Shown in pieces: positions 39,030-49,265 of a DNA stretch of 57,403 nucleotides. Position 1 is the first letter of the stretch. Each line of letters begins with the position of its first letter. The stretch covers positions 1 through 57,403 of the forward strand of contig JAEWBD010000420.1 in the NCBI GenBank assembly GCA_023391315.1. Direction: 5' to 3'. The position numbers and the translations under genes were made by a program. This DNA is from Bacteroidota bacterium (GTDB lineage Bacteria; Bacteroidota; Bacteroidia; Chitinophagales; Chitinophagaceae). The notes below the pieces were generated by a model. That model was not told the origin of the DNA. It ran no database searches and was given only the letters and a program-made list of their open reading frames with translations.

Positions 39030-40205
39030 TTATATAGTCATACTGGCTTCAAAAGGATAAATAATTACGCCCTGCACTACCCTTGATATGGCGCCATTCA
39101 CCGACGGGTTATCAGGCGACAAACCAACAGCGAGACTTTTATAAAAAGCCAGTAACTGCGCCGGCACTATCGCACAAACAGGAAGAAAATCTTCTTCAAT
39201 GCATTCCTGCCCGTCATCAAAATTTATTTGCGCATTTACCTCAACAATATTTTCCTTTTTTTCAGATACAGCCAGTTCATACAAAGCATTATTGCCGGTT
39301 TTCATAGCACCAGCAAGATCGTATTCATATTGCTTTACATAATCATTGCTGCTGAAAAAATATACCACCAATGTTTGTTCATCAATTACAGCCTTGGGCC
39401 CGTGACGCAGGCCGAGATAACTGTCTTCTTTACAGATTATTTTTCCGTCAGTTAATTCCTGCAGCTTAAGCGCCGCTTCAGTTGCTGTGCCAAACAAATT
39501 TCCTGAGCCGAGAAACATGGCACGCCTGAAATCTTTGGCAGCCGTTTTCTGCAACATAACTAATGCACCTGATAATATATGCCCGGCTGCCTTTATTAAT
39601 AATTGTACCTGATCTTTTATAATGGATGGATGATTGATATATGCCATCATCAATCCTGTTAATAACATACCCGAATAGCTGCCGGTCATAGCCAGGCTTT
39701 TATCATTAGCCTTTTCAGGCAATACGAAAACATATTTGGGGTTAGATGTTTCATATTGCGCCAGCGAACCGTTTTCATCGCAGGTAATAATAAGATGAAA
39801 ACATTTTTTTGAAAATGCATCAGCCAGTTTAAGTGCAGCGTTGCTTTCAGGACTGTTGCCACTCCTGGCAAACGATATAATCAATGATGTTTGTTCTGTA
39901 TTAAAATAATCCTGCGGATGGGAAACAATGTTGGTGGTAGCAATGGCCCTGCTTTGAATTTTTGTATTCCTGAAAAAAGGGCCTTCAAGTGAAAGGCCGA
40001 TAAACGCGCTTGTGCCTGCACCTGTAAAAATAATATTATCCACTTCTTTATAAGCACGGGAAAGAAATGCGTGAACATCATCCCTGTACTCAAAAAATAA
40101 ATGTTCGATAGCATTCCATAAATCAGGCTGGCCGGCAATTTCTGCAGCCGTTAAATATGCGCCTTTTCCTTTTAAGTAACTTTCATCCAGACTAAGCAAT
40201 TGCAT
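39030..40205 (-). CDS. agaS: AgaS-like SIS-domain galactosamine-6-phosphate deaminase/isomerase
   Basis: TAAEIAGQP, TGAGTSAF, SFARSGNSPES, AMTGSY, LRHGPKA, NGAISRVVQGV; ATG 40205 preferred. Confidence 0.88.
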   Translation of the reverse strand: MQLLSLDESYLKGKGAYLTAAEIAGQPDLWNAIEHLFFEYRDDVHAFLSRAYKEVDNIIFTGAGTSAFIGLSLEGPFFRNTKIQSRAIATTNIVSHPQDYFNTEQTSLIISFARSGNSPESNAALKLADAFSKKCFHLIITCDENGSLAQYETSNPKYVFVLPEKANDKSLAMTGSYSGMLLTGLMMAYINHPSIIKDQVQLLIKAAGHILSGALVMLQKTAAKDFRRAMFLGSGNLFGTATEAALKLQELTDGKIICKEDSYLGLRHGPKAVIDEQTLVVYFFSSNDYVKQYEYDLAGAMKTGNNALYELAVSEKKENIVEVNAQINFDDGQECIEEDFLPVCAIVPAQLLAFYKSLAVGLSPDNPSVNGAISRVVQGVIIYPFEASMTI

Positions 40206-40222
40206 GAAGTAAGGTTTAAAAA

Positions 40223-40281
40223 CAAAAGTAATGATTATAAATTTATCTTTCAAAATCTTTCTATTTTCTTCATAATCTTTC
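40223..40281. promoter_or_regulatory. agaS -7 box and AgaR-type operator (CTTTC at 10-bp period)
   Basis: TACTTTTG (minus, 40223-40230); ATCTTTC at 40245, 40255, 40275 and degenerate TTTCTTC at 40265. Confidence 0.72.
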
Positions 40282-40356
40282 TATTTAAATAATAATATCA
40301 AACTTAAGATTGTTTTTCACCTATTATTCTGATATATTAGCTAAAATTTTACATCC

Positions 40357-41142
40357 ATGGCTGAAAGAAAAGAAAGATTTACAGTATCGAGACGAAAGAA
40401 AATACTGGAACATATAAAGGAAAGCGGCGAAGTGATGGTAACACAACTGAGCCGGGAATTTAATGTGAGTGAAGTAACCATTCGCAACGATCTTGAACAC
40501 CTGGAAAGAAAGAACCTGCTTGTGCGTGCAAGGGGCGGCGCCATTCATACCGAAAACCATGTGGGGATAGACCAGCGCATTACAGAAAAACATAAAATTC
40601 ATGCGGCAGAAAAAGCAGCTATTGGCAAAATGGCTTCTTCGTTAATTAATGATGGTGAAACCATAATAATTGACAGCGGCACCACTACGGCAGAAATTGT
40701 AAAACACCTGGATGGGATAAAACATTTGAATGTTATTACCAATGCATTGAATATTGCCAATTTACTGGCGGCGCACCCGGCTGTGAATGTAATAATCCCG
40801 GGTGGCTATTTAAGGCAGAATGCCATGAGCCTGGTAGGGCCGTTGGCAGAAAAAAACCTGCGCAATTTTTTTGTTGATAAAGTTTTCTTAAGCACCGATG
40901 GCTTTGATACCAAACAGGGCATTTTTACGCCTAACATTGATGAAGCACATTTAAACGGGATTATGATTGAGATTGCCAAAGAAGTTATCCTCGTAACCGA
41001 CAGCAGTAAGTTTAAAAGAAAAAGCCTGGCTTTTATTTGCGGGCTTGATAAGATCAAGAAAGTGGTTACCGATAATGGTATTGCCATTGATGACAAAAAA
41101 CGTTTGGAGGAAGCAGGTATTGAAGTACTGGTTGCAGGATAA
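40357..41142 (+). CDS. agaR: DeoR-family repressor AgaR
   Basis: VSEVTIRNDL, DSGTTT, VITNALNIA, DSSKF; divergent from agaS. Confidence 0.88.
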   Translation: MAERKERFTVSRRKKILEHIKESGEVMVTQLSREFNVSEVTIRNDLEHLERKNLLVRARGGAIHTENHVGIDQRITEKHKIHAAEKAAIGKMASSLINDGETIIIDSGTTTAEIVKHLDGIKHLNVITNALNIANLLAAHPAVNVIIPGGYLRQNAMSLVGPLAEKNLRNFFVDKVFLSTDGFDTKQGIFTPNIDEAHLNGIMIEIAKEVILVTDSSKFKRKSLAFICGLDKIKKVVTDNGIAIDDKKRLEEAGIEVLVAG

Positions 41143-41173
41143 GAATTAACTACAGGTATAAGCTATTGATTGC

Positions 41174-42316
41174 TTATTCAGTTTGTAATCCTTTAACCAA
41201 ATGCCTTAGTTCACCTTCAACAAATTGATTTGGCTTCCATTGTTTGTAAATATTATCTAAAAGAAATGTATCAAAGGCATTTAATCCTAGTGCCATCGCC
41301 CCTCCTATTCCAGGATTGATAGCTTCTAGTATAGCTGCAGCGCCCGTAAACAAATAAAATCTTATTGCCTTAAAATCTAATCGTTCTAATATATTTTTCT
41401 CTGCAATCTTCCTCTGATATTCTCGCATCAAGTTAGCATCATTGGGTAATTCTCGAATCCAATCCTTATATTTTCTTGCATTTCTTAAAATAGGTAAAAT
41501 AGCCCTAATTAATATTTGTTTATTGTTTATCGCTTCCCTAAGTGCCCTTGAATTATCATATACGTAATGATTAAAAACTTCTATCTCACTATTACTCTTA
41601 CTACTTTTTTCAAGTAACGAGTTCGCCTTGAGTCTTATGATTGAAGAGTTATATTCAGGCAAAGAGATTTCAGATGAAAAATCTGACATAACTTGTAGAT
41701 CTTCAACACAATTTATCATAGCTAAAACAGGAGTGTCGCTTGTACTATAATCTTTATTGAAAGGAATGTTTGTATTTATTGTGAAATGATAGTCATCTTT
41801 GAATTCAAGATTATAATATTGATTTGAAGAATCAATATTTTTTTCTAATGGAAATCTTTTAGTTGTTTCTAACAAAACCTTGTTTTTGAAATTTTCATCT
41901 TTTATTTGTTCTGTTAATGCCTTATTGAGTGTTTTTGGTAATTGGTATATTTTTATAAGACGGCTGATCTTTTTGGCAAATTTTTTACTTTTAAATTCGT
42001 CCTTAGAATATTGGAAACTCTGTTCGAAAAGTTCTTTTTCTAGATCGACATCTTTGATTCCAAACGAGTCGAGCGAAAGTATTCCTCCTTGATTTATTAT
42101 TCCAACATGCGAATTATTAAAATAGACTTCTAAATCGGGCGACTTTAATAATTCTTCTAAAACATTTACATCGGCTAATTTGAATAATGATTCTAATTCT
42201 CCCCTTCCTACATGAACAACAGTTTTATCATAATAAAGCATACTTTCAATCATCTGGCCATAATCTAAATGGAATTCTCTTGCACCATTTGGCCTTATAA
42301 CTATGGTTTCGAACAT
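41174..42316 (-). CDS. AT-rich hypothetical protein inserted in the PUL
   Basis: 380-aa ORF, no motif recognised; composition visibly differs from the flanks. Confidence 0.75.
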   Translation of the reverse strand: MFETIVIRPNGAREFHLDYGQMIESMLYYDKTVVHVGRGELESLFKLADVNVLEELLKSPDLEVYFNNSHVGIINQGGILSLDSFGIKDVDLEKELFEQSFQYSKDEFKSKKFAKKISRLIKIYQLPKTLNKALTEQIKDENFKNKVLLETTKRFPLEKNIDSSNQYYNLEFKDDYHFTINTNIPFNKDYSTSDTPVLAMINCVEDLQVMSDFSSEISLPEYNSSIIRLKANSLLEKSSKSNSEIEVFNHYVYDNSRALREAINNKQILIRAILPILRNARKYKDWIRELPNDANLMREYQRKIAEKNILERLDFKAIRFYLFTGAAAILEAINPGIGGAMALGLNAFDTFLLDNIYKQWKPNQFVEGELRHLVKGLQTE

Positions 42317-42388
42317 GAATTGAAGATATTAAACAAAATCCACATTTAAATATAGTGAGTTTAGTCAGTAGATAGTATATAAAACAAC

Positions 42389-43255
42389 TTATTCGCTCAG
42401 CAACACAATAGCCACTGCAGCCAATATTAACCCGATTAATAAAACTGTTCCGGGGAAAACGGCGTAAATAATTAAAGAAATAATGATCGTTATTACAGGC
42501 GACAACCCCGTAAGCGGCACCACGATGATCGCTTTTCCATAGCGCAGCGCATATACTAAAGTAAGCGCCCCGATAGCATTTAATATTTGAATTATAAATG
42601 CGAGGTAAGGCCCTTTAAACCCCCAGTTGATGGGTTGCGAAAAATCGGTCATCCATATGGCAAAAGGCGATAGTAACAAAGCGCCGATAGCCATGTACAT
42701 AAATATACTTTCGGCTTTCATAGTATTATTGCTAAACTTCATTACATATGCCTGCAATCCCCACATAATAAAAACAATTACTGAAAGCCATAGCCAGCTA
42801 TTACCCGAAGTTTCGCTGCCTGTTAATTTCGGGTTGGCCAGGAAAACCGCCGCAATTAATGCAAGCGATATGCCTATCCAGTGTTTTTTATTGGTATGCT
42901 CTTTTAAGAAGGCAACAGATAAAATAATTGTCAGCACCGGGAACAATGATATTAGTGGAAATACTATGTAAGCAGGGCCTTCGCGCAGCGCTTCAAATAA
43001 AATTAATTGCCCACCGGCGCCAAGCAAACCTACTATTAACCCTAAAAAAACAGAACGCTTATCCGTTTCGGGCTTCCATTTTATAATGTTTAATGCCACC
43101 AATGCACAAGGCACCATCGTCAGGCTCCATACCACATAACCTAATGTTGCAGGAAAACCCGCTTTTTCGGGTATCTCAATAAAAGCGCCCCATACACCCC
43201 AGAATACCGTAGTGATTATCGCATAAAACAGCCAGAGTTTAGACGACTTTATCAT
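42389..43255 (-). CDS. DMT/EamA family transporter
   Basis: About 10 TM helices in two repeats; FWGVWG, GPAYIVFPL, GKAIIVVPL. Confidence 0.9.
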   Translation of the reverse strand: MIKSSKLWLFYAIITTVFWGVWGAFIEIPEKAGFPATLGYVVWSLTMVPCALVALNIIKWKPETDKRSVFLGLIVGLLGAGGQLILFEALREGPAYIVFPLISLFPVLTIILSVAFLKEHTNKKHWIGISLALIAAVFLANPKLTGSETSGNSWLWLSVIVFIMWGLQAYVMKFSNNTMKAESIFMYMAIGALLLSPFAIWMTDFSQPINWGFKGPYLAFIIQILNAIGALTLVYALRYGKAIIVVPLTGLSPVITIIISLIIYAVFPGTVLLIGLILAAVAIVLLSE

Positions 43256-43328
43256 TCGTTATAATGATTTTTTATTTGATAAAAATAACCATAAAAAAGT
43301 TTTAATATTTTTTATTTTGTTTTTATTT

Positions 43329-43394
43329 CTTTCGTTATCTTTGGTTTTGTTTTAAATCTTTCGAATAATTTAAATACGGAAAGGTAAACATTTC
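43329..43394. promoter_or_regulatory. Second AgaR-type operator between the EamA gene and susC
   Basis: CTTTC 43329, CTTTG 43339, CTTTC 43358, inverted GAAAG 43379, ATTTC 43390. Confidence 0.6.
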
Positions 43395-43603
43395 GAAACA
43401 GGCTCTGCTGCCTGAACTAAAATAGACTGATTTGATACGATAGCGATGCTGGGTATAATAACTAAAGTATGCTGATTTTGAATGCAGTAGCTTATTGTTA
43501 AACCATTAAAAGATATGGGGATTTAAATAAGCCCGTGCAACCAACAGATTAAAAATTAACCGGTGAGAATTATATGTGACAATTAAAAACAAACCAACGC
43601 TAC

Positions 43604-46597
43604 ATGAAAAAAATATTGTTGTTGCCATTAGTATTTACTGCCCTGTTTGCATCTGCCCAAACAAGGCCGCTGGAAGGTAAAGTTGTTTCGGCAACTGATC
43701 AGCATGCGGTAAGCAAAGCGTCCATCACTATTAAAAACGGTAAATCATTCATTGCTGATGACAGCGGCCGTTTCAGGATTGAAGTGCCTTCCGGCGCATT
43801 TTCATTAACTGTCAGTTCTATTGGCTTTGCGTCGCAGGATGTGGCTGTAAATACAGCAGATAATAATATTACCATACAGCTTATTGAAACAGATAAGAAT
43901 TTAAATGAAGTGGTTGTTGTTGGCTACAGTGATAAAAAGAAAGGCGAGTTAACCAGTTCCGTTGCAGTTGTAGATGCCGGCAAATTAAAAGATGTAACCA
44001 CCAATGATGTGGGCAGCATGCTGCAGGGAAAAGTAGCAGGCCTGCAGGTAGTGAACAGTTCAGGCGTGCCTGGCGCCAATGCAGAAATACGGCTGCGTGG
44101 CGTTTCGTCTATCAATGCATCGCAATCGCCTTTGTATGTGGTGGATGGAATAATCGGCGGTAACTTCGATCCCAATGATGTGGAAAGTATCACTGTTTTA
44201 AAAGATGCCGCAGCAACCGCCATGTATGGCTCGCAGGCCAATGCGGGCGTAATAGTGGTTACCACCAAAAGGGCCAAAACAAACAAAACGGCTTTTGAAT
44301 TTAAAGCCACAACAGGTTTTCGCACGCCGGATTTTGGCAAGCTTGATATGATGAATGGCGAACAGTTATACAACTATCAAAAAGAATTCTACCGCGACTA
44401 TATTCCAACTGATACGGGTAACTCCTATAAAATCGACCTGTTGAAATTTTATGCGGAAAGACCGCGTGAATTACAAGACCAAGATCATAACTGGATGACG
44501 ACAATTTTTAATCCTGCATTCATGCAGAATTATTACTTCTCCATTTCAGGCAGAACAGACAAGAACGATTATTACCTCGGCGCATCTTATTATAACGAAG
44601 ACGGCACCTTTAAGAACACAAAATTCCAGCGCGTTAATTTAAGGGCGTCTTCAACGTTGCATTTCAACCCAAAAATATCTTTAACCAATACCATTAATAT
44701 AAGCGGTATTACAGGCACAAGCTATGATTACAATGATATTTATTATGCATTCCTAAACCTGCCCTGGGATAACCCTTACGACAGCGCAGGCAAGCCTGTT
44801 TATGTAGATGGCAACTCTTCTTTCAAATGGTGGAGCAGGGATAAAGTAAACCCCTTACACACCATCGATCATTCAGCTCATCCATACAAAGGTTTTGATG
44901 TGAACTACGATCTTAACTTTAATTATCAAATAACCAACTGGCTGGCCTTTTCAAGCACCAACCGCATTGGCGCAAGCTACAGCAAGAGCACTAATTATTA
45001 TTCAGGCGATGTTGCCGGGCAATATCATGGAACGGGTTATCTGGATGAAAGCAGCATATTAAGTTACAGCGGCATTTCAAATGATCTTTTAAAATTCAAT
45101 TTTAAGTTTGGCAATCACCAGTTAAGCGGCCTTGCAGGCGTTGCATTTGAAGGCGGCAAAACAGAAACAATAGGAGCTTCCGGCCGAGGCCTGCCTTTTA
45201 ATTTAAGGGTATTAAATGTTGTATCAAGCAATTTAAGCGTGAATGGATATTATGACCAGTCGGCATTAATATCTTATATCTCGCAGGTTAACTACAGTTA
45301 TAAAAACAAATATTTCTTAACCGGCTCTTACCGCGTGGATGGCTCAACAGCTTTTCAAAAAAATAACCGTTACGGTTCATTCCCTGCCATATCTGCCGGA
45401 TGGTTAATAAGCAATGAAGATTTTTTGAAAGATAATCATGTAATTGATCTCTTAAAAATACGCGGCGGTTATGGCGTAACAGGCACACAGGATATTGGCG
45501 CTTCCCGTTACCTGGGGTTGTATTCATTAACCAGCCAATACAACAATGAATCTGCAGCAACGCCATCACAACTGCCAAGCCCTAACTTAACATGGGAAAG
45601 TAAATATCAAACAAACATTGGCGTTGATATAGATTTCTTCAAACGTATTTCTTTATCTGTTGATGTATATAAAAATCAAACAAAGAATTTGTTATTGCAG
45701 GTGTCGCAGCCATTGTCTGTCGGTTTTGAAACAAGATGGGAAAATTCAGGAGAGATAGAAAATAAGGGTTTGGAAATTGCTTTATCAACTATTAATATCC
45801 GGAACAAAAATTTTTCATGGACAACGGATTTCAACATCAGCTTTAATACAAATACGCTGCAAAAATTACCGGCAAATTTTGTAAAAACAGGTTCATGGGC
45901 CATCTCTCAAACCTATCGCAACGGCGGTAATCTTTACGAGTTCTATATGCCCGTATGGAAAGGCGTTGACCCACAAACAGGCGCACCTTTATGGGAAAAA
46001 ATTACCAAAGATGCTGATGGCAATGTCACGGCAAAAGAAACCACGTCAAGCTATGCCGAAGCCACTTTGCAGGAGGTGGGTTCTGCCTTGCCGAAATACC
46101 AGGGCGGCTTTACCAATACATTCACGTATAAAAATTTCTCTTTGAGCGCTAACCTGTATTTCCTGTATGGCAACAAAGTTTACAGTAACGATCTGCGCTT
46201 TGTAATGAACGATGGCAACGAGCCTTACTATAATCAAATTGTACTGCCATCAGGTTACAGCATCTGGACGAAGCCCGGCGACATCGCCACCAATCCTAGC
46301 CCGCAAAACGCGGCTAATTCAACAGAAACATCAACAAGATATTTGCAGAACGGCAGCTATCTTTCCATACGCAATATTTCGCTTGGTTATAACCTGCCGC
46401 AAAGCTTGGCCACAAGGCTTGGCCTGCAGAACATCGCGGTTACAGTTACGGCAGATAATGTTTATACGTTCACCAAATTCCTAGGCCAGGATCCGCAAAC
46501 AACTATCCAGTCAGATATTTATACAACGCCCGGCGTAAGCGATTTCAAATATCCCAACAATCACCAGTATTTATTAAACATCAACATAAAATTTTAA
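43604..46597 (+). CDS. susC: SusC/RagA family TonB-dependent transporter
   Basis: LNEVVVVGY, PLYVVDG, VLKDAAATAMYGSQANAGVIVVTTK, YRVDGS, NLTWES, C-terminal Phe. Confidence 0.96.
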   Translation: MKKILLLPLVFTALFASAQTRPLEGKVVSATDQHAVSKASITIKNGKSFIADDSGRFRIEVPSGAFSLTVSSIGFASQDVAVNTADNNITIQLIETDKNLNEVVVVGYSDKKKGELTSSVAVVDAGKLKDVTTNDVGSMLQGKVAGLQVVNSSGVPGANAEIRLRGVSSINASQSPLYVVDGIIGGNFDPNDVESITVLKDAAATAMYGSQANAGVIVVTTKRAKTNKTAFEFKATTGFRTPDFGKLDMMNGEQLYNYQKEFYRDYIPTDTGNSYKIDLLKFYAERPRELQDQDHNWMTTIFNPAFMQNYYFSISGRTDKNDYYLGASYYNEDGTFKNTKFQRVNLRASSTLHFNPKISLTNTINISGITGTSYDYNDIYYAFLNLPWDNPYDSAGKPVYVDGNSSFKWWSRDKVNPLHTIDHSAHPYKGFDVNYDLNFNYQITNWLAFSSTNRIGASYSKSTNYYSGDVAGQYHGTGYLDESSILSYSGISNDLLKFNFKFGNHQLSGLAGVAFEGGKTETIGASGRGLPFNLRVLNVVSSNLSVNGYYDQSALISYISQVNYSYKNKYFLTGSYRVDGSTAFQKNNRYGSFPAISAGWLISNEDFLKDNHVIDLLKIRGGYGVTGTQDIGASRYLGLYSLTSQYNNESAATPSQLPSPNLTWESKYQTNIGVDIDFFKRISLSVDVYKNQTKNLLLQVSQPLSVGFETRWENSGEIENKGLEIALSTINIRNKNFSWTTDFNISFNTNTLQKLPANFVKTGSWAISQTYRNGGNLYEFYMPVWKGVDPQTGAPLWEKITKDADGNVTAKETTSSYAEATLQEVGSALPKYQGGFTNTFTYKNFSLSANLYFLYGNKVYSNDLRFVMNDGNEPYYNQIVLPSGYSIWTKPGDIATNPSPQNAANSTETSTRYLQNGSYLSIRNISLGYNLPQSLATRLGLQNIAVTVTADNVYTFTKFLGQDPQTTIQSDIYTTPGVSDFKYPNNHQYLLNINIKF

Positions 46598-46600
46598 GCC

Positions 46601-48277
46601 ATGAAGAATAAGAAAACCATAAAGAGAAATTTTATGTTACCGGCAGGTGATACAATGATCAAGCACGGTTGTGTCACTCCCTTGTACCGTATATTTTCAT
46701 GGCAGCAACGCGGCCAGGCACCTAAATCATCATCCTGTTTATTTAATATAACAATGCCAGTTTCGCTCCGCATCTATACAACAGCAATATTGTTATGCAT
46801 GATCACCTTCAGCAGTTGTATAAAGGATGTTTCGCCCAGCGATTCCATTACAACAGAAACGCTTACTTCAACAACGGAAGGTTTAACCAACGCGGTTAAT
46901 GGCGCTTACGCTTTGTTTAAAGATCATGTAATGTTTAACGGCACGGCGGATGACAACAATATGTATTTGCGCCAGTTTTTCCAGTTATCAGATTTTGCCA
47001 GCGATGATATTGTTTGTTCACAGGTAACAGAAGATCCTTTGTTTTACAGTTTCAGTTTAGACCACTCTCCCACACAAACCAATACACGTTATTTCTGGTA
47101 CATATCTTATAAGATCATCAGCGATTGCAATACCGTAATTGAGGCAGTAGAAAAAGAACCAACAGATGATCCTGTAAGAAAACAATTATTGGGCGAATGT
47201 TACTTCCTGAGAGCCTTTGCGCATTTCAATCTTGTAAGATTATTTGCAAGGCCATACACGCAGGATAAATCAGCACCAGGCATTATTTTAAGAACATCTA
47301 CCAGCGATCCTTCAGAAAAAGCAAGATCAACCGTTGAAGAAGTGTATGCACAGGTTGTTGCAGATGCATTAAAGGCAGCAGACTTAATGGATGCATCGCG
47401 TGGTGTGCAGTATGCCAGCAAAGAAGCTGCAGAGGCATTGCTGTCAAGGGTGTATTTATACATGGATGATAATGCCAACGCAGCAGCTTATGCTACTAAA
47501 GTAATCAGCTCCGGAAGGTTTGCATTAACAACGGCAAACACATTTCCGCAAATGTTTGCAAATGCAGTGGGCGCTTCTGAAACCATTTTCTGTATTGCCT
47601 TTACAGATAAAGAAGATTATGGCAAATTCGGTTCTATCGCTTCCATGATATTCAGCGATGGCAACAGTGGCTGGGGTGAAGAATTTGCCACTTCATCATT
47701 AAGGAATTTAATGGGCACACATCCCGAAGATGTGCGCTGGGATTATATTGTACCGCTTGAAGATGGCAACGGCGGTATTGCAAAAAAGAATGGTATTGAA
47801 ACTTATTATATCAGCAAATTTTCTTTCCAGGATGGCAGTCCCACTTTAAGCTCACCCATTATGTTCAGGCTTGCAGAAATGTATTTAAACCGTGCAGAGG
47901 CCGAAGCAAAAACCGGCAACACAAAAGCTGCATTGGATGATGTGGATGCTATAAGAAAGAACCGCGGCCTGCAAAACAGTTTATACAATGGCAAAGTGCC
48001 TAATGGCATGACTTTACTGGACGTGGTATTGAATGAAAGGCGCATAGAGCTTGCCTTTGAAGGTCAGCGCACCTTTGATGTATATCGCAATAATAAAACA
48101 ATGAACAGAACCTATTGGGGCTATCATTTGCCGGGTTTAAAGGAAACGGATATTAACCTGTCAAAAACGCCAACGGGCTATAGCAATATGATTGTAGAGC
48201 CGACAGATAACAGGATTATCTATTACATTCCAATTGATGAAATACAGAGTAATTCATTATGCACACAAAATCCGTAA
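46601..48277 (+). CDS. susD: SusD/RagB family lipoprotein
   Basis: FSSC lipobox, GECYFLRAFAHFNLVR, FRLAEMYLNRAEA, ERRIELAFEG; start uncertain (46601 or 46754). Confidence 0.94.
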   Translation: MKNKKTIKRNFMLPAGDTMIKHGCVTPLYRIFSWQQRGQAPKSSSCLFNITMPVSLRIYTTAILLCMITFSSCIKDVSPSDSITTETLTSTTEGLTNAVNGAYALFKDHVMFNGTADDNNMYLRQFFQLSDFASDDIVCSQVTEDPLFYSFSLDHSPTQTNTRYFWYISYKIISDCNTVIEAVEKEPTDDPVRKQLLGECYFLRAFAHFNLVRLFARPYTQDKSAPGIILRTSTSDPSEKARSTVEEVYAQVVADALKAADLMDASRGVQYASKEAAEALLSRVYLYMDDNANAAAYATKVISSGRFALTTANTFPQMFANAVGASETIFCIAFTDKEDYGKFGSIASMIFSDGNSGWGEEFATSSLRNLMGTHPEDVRWDYIVPLEDGNGGIAKKNGIETYYISKFSFQDGSPTLSSPIMFRLAEMYLNRAEAEAKTGNTKAALDDVDAIRKNRGLQNSLYNGKVPNGMTLLDVVLNERRIELAFEGQRTFDVYRNNKTMNRTYWGYHLPGLKETDINLSKTPTGYSNMIVEPTDNRIIYYIPIDEIQSNSLCTQNP

Positions 48278-48280
48278 CAC

Positions 48281-48316
48281 GGTCAGACGCCTTTAGGGCG
48301 TCAGACCGATAGCAGG
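48281..48316 (+). repeat. REP-like palindrome, copy 2
   Basis: GGTCAGACGCC-tttag-GGCGTCAGACC-gatagcagg. Confidence 0.7.
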
Positions 48317-48362
48317 TACATTAAAAAAATATCAGTAAAGCAGGTTTATAAAATCATTACAA

Positions 48363-49232
48363 ATGAAAAAAACTAATCTCACCATTTTAATCGCTGCATT
48401 AATTGCAGCTGTTAATTTTTCTTCCTGCAAAAAAGATTCAGATAATCCGCAGCCATTCGTGTTTTATAGTTTAAGCATTGATGGCGCAACCGTTTCCTTT
48501 ACCAACAAATCTGAAGACGCCGTGAGTTATAAATGGGATTTTGGCGATGGCACCACATCAACAGATGAAAGCCCCACGCACACTTATCCCGGCAAAGGAA
48601 AATATGTACCAACATTATATGCCACAACATCTGCAGGCGTTACCGGCGAAGCATCAACGGTAATACATATAGCAAAAGTTTCAGGCATTAAACTCGACGA
48701 TAATTCATTGTCAGACTGGGATACGGTTGCAACCAATGTTATAACAGCGGGCGCACATTCCGGCAACTTTATTAAAGCCAAGTTTGATTATGATGCCAAC
48801 TATGTATATGTTTATTTTGAACAGAATACAAAAAAATCTGACGGCAATATTTACGACCTGTATATTGATGCTGACAACAATATCAATACAGGTTTGCTAA
48901 CCGGTGAAATTCCAAATGGCGGTTACGAAGTTTTACTTGAAGGAACCATATTCGATGACTGGCTTGACCCTTATTATTTCATTGGAACAGACCAGCAGAA
49001 CTTTGGCAACTATACTTATCAAAACCTCAACGAATTTTATAAAGTTGGGGCAGTGGTTCAAAGTGGTGGCGTACAAAAATTTGAATTCGGACTTAGCAGG
49101 AGTAAGATAAAAGGCTTAACCGGTAAAGGATTGAAGATTGGTGTGCAGGTTGCGGCAAACGACTGGAGCGCTATCATTGGTTATTCGCCCGATCAAAGCA
49201 CGGATGCGTTTTATCTTGACATGAGTGAATAG
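48363..49232 (+). CDS. PKD-domain surface lipoprotein (candidate surface glycan-binding protein)
   Basis: FSSC lipobox, YKWDFGDG..PTHTY PKD motif, position downstream of susD. Confidence 0.85.
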   Translation: MKKTNLTILIAALIAAVNFSSCKKDSDNPQPFVFYSLSIDGATVSFTNKSEDAVSYKWDFGDGTTSTDESPTHTYPGKGKYVPTLYATTSAGVTGEASTVIHIAKVSGIKLDDNSLSDWDTVATNVITAGAHSGNFIKAKFDYDANYVYVYFEQNTKKSDGNIYDLYIDADNNINTGLLTGEIPNGGYEVLLEGTIFDDWLDPYYFIGTDQQNFGNYTYQNLNEFYKVGAVVQSGGVQKFEFGLSRSKIKGLTGKGLKIGVQVAANDWSAIIGYSPDQSTDAFYLDMSE

Positions 49233-49265
49233 CTTCTAAAGATATAACTGCATTATTCTAATAAC

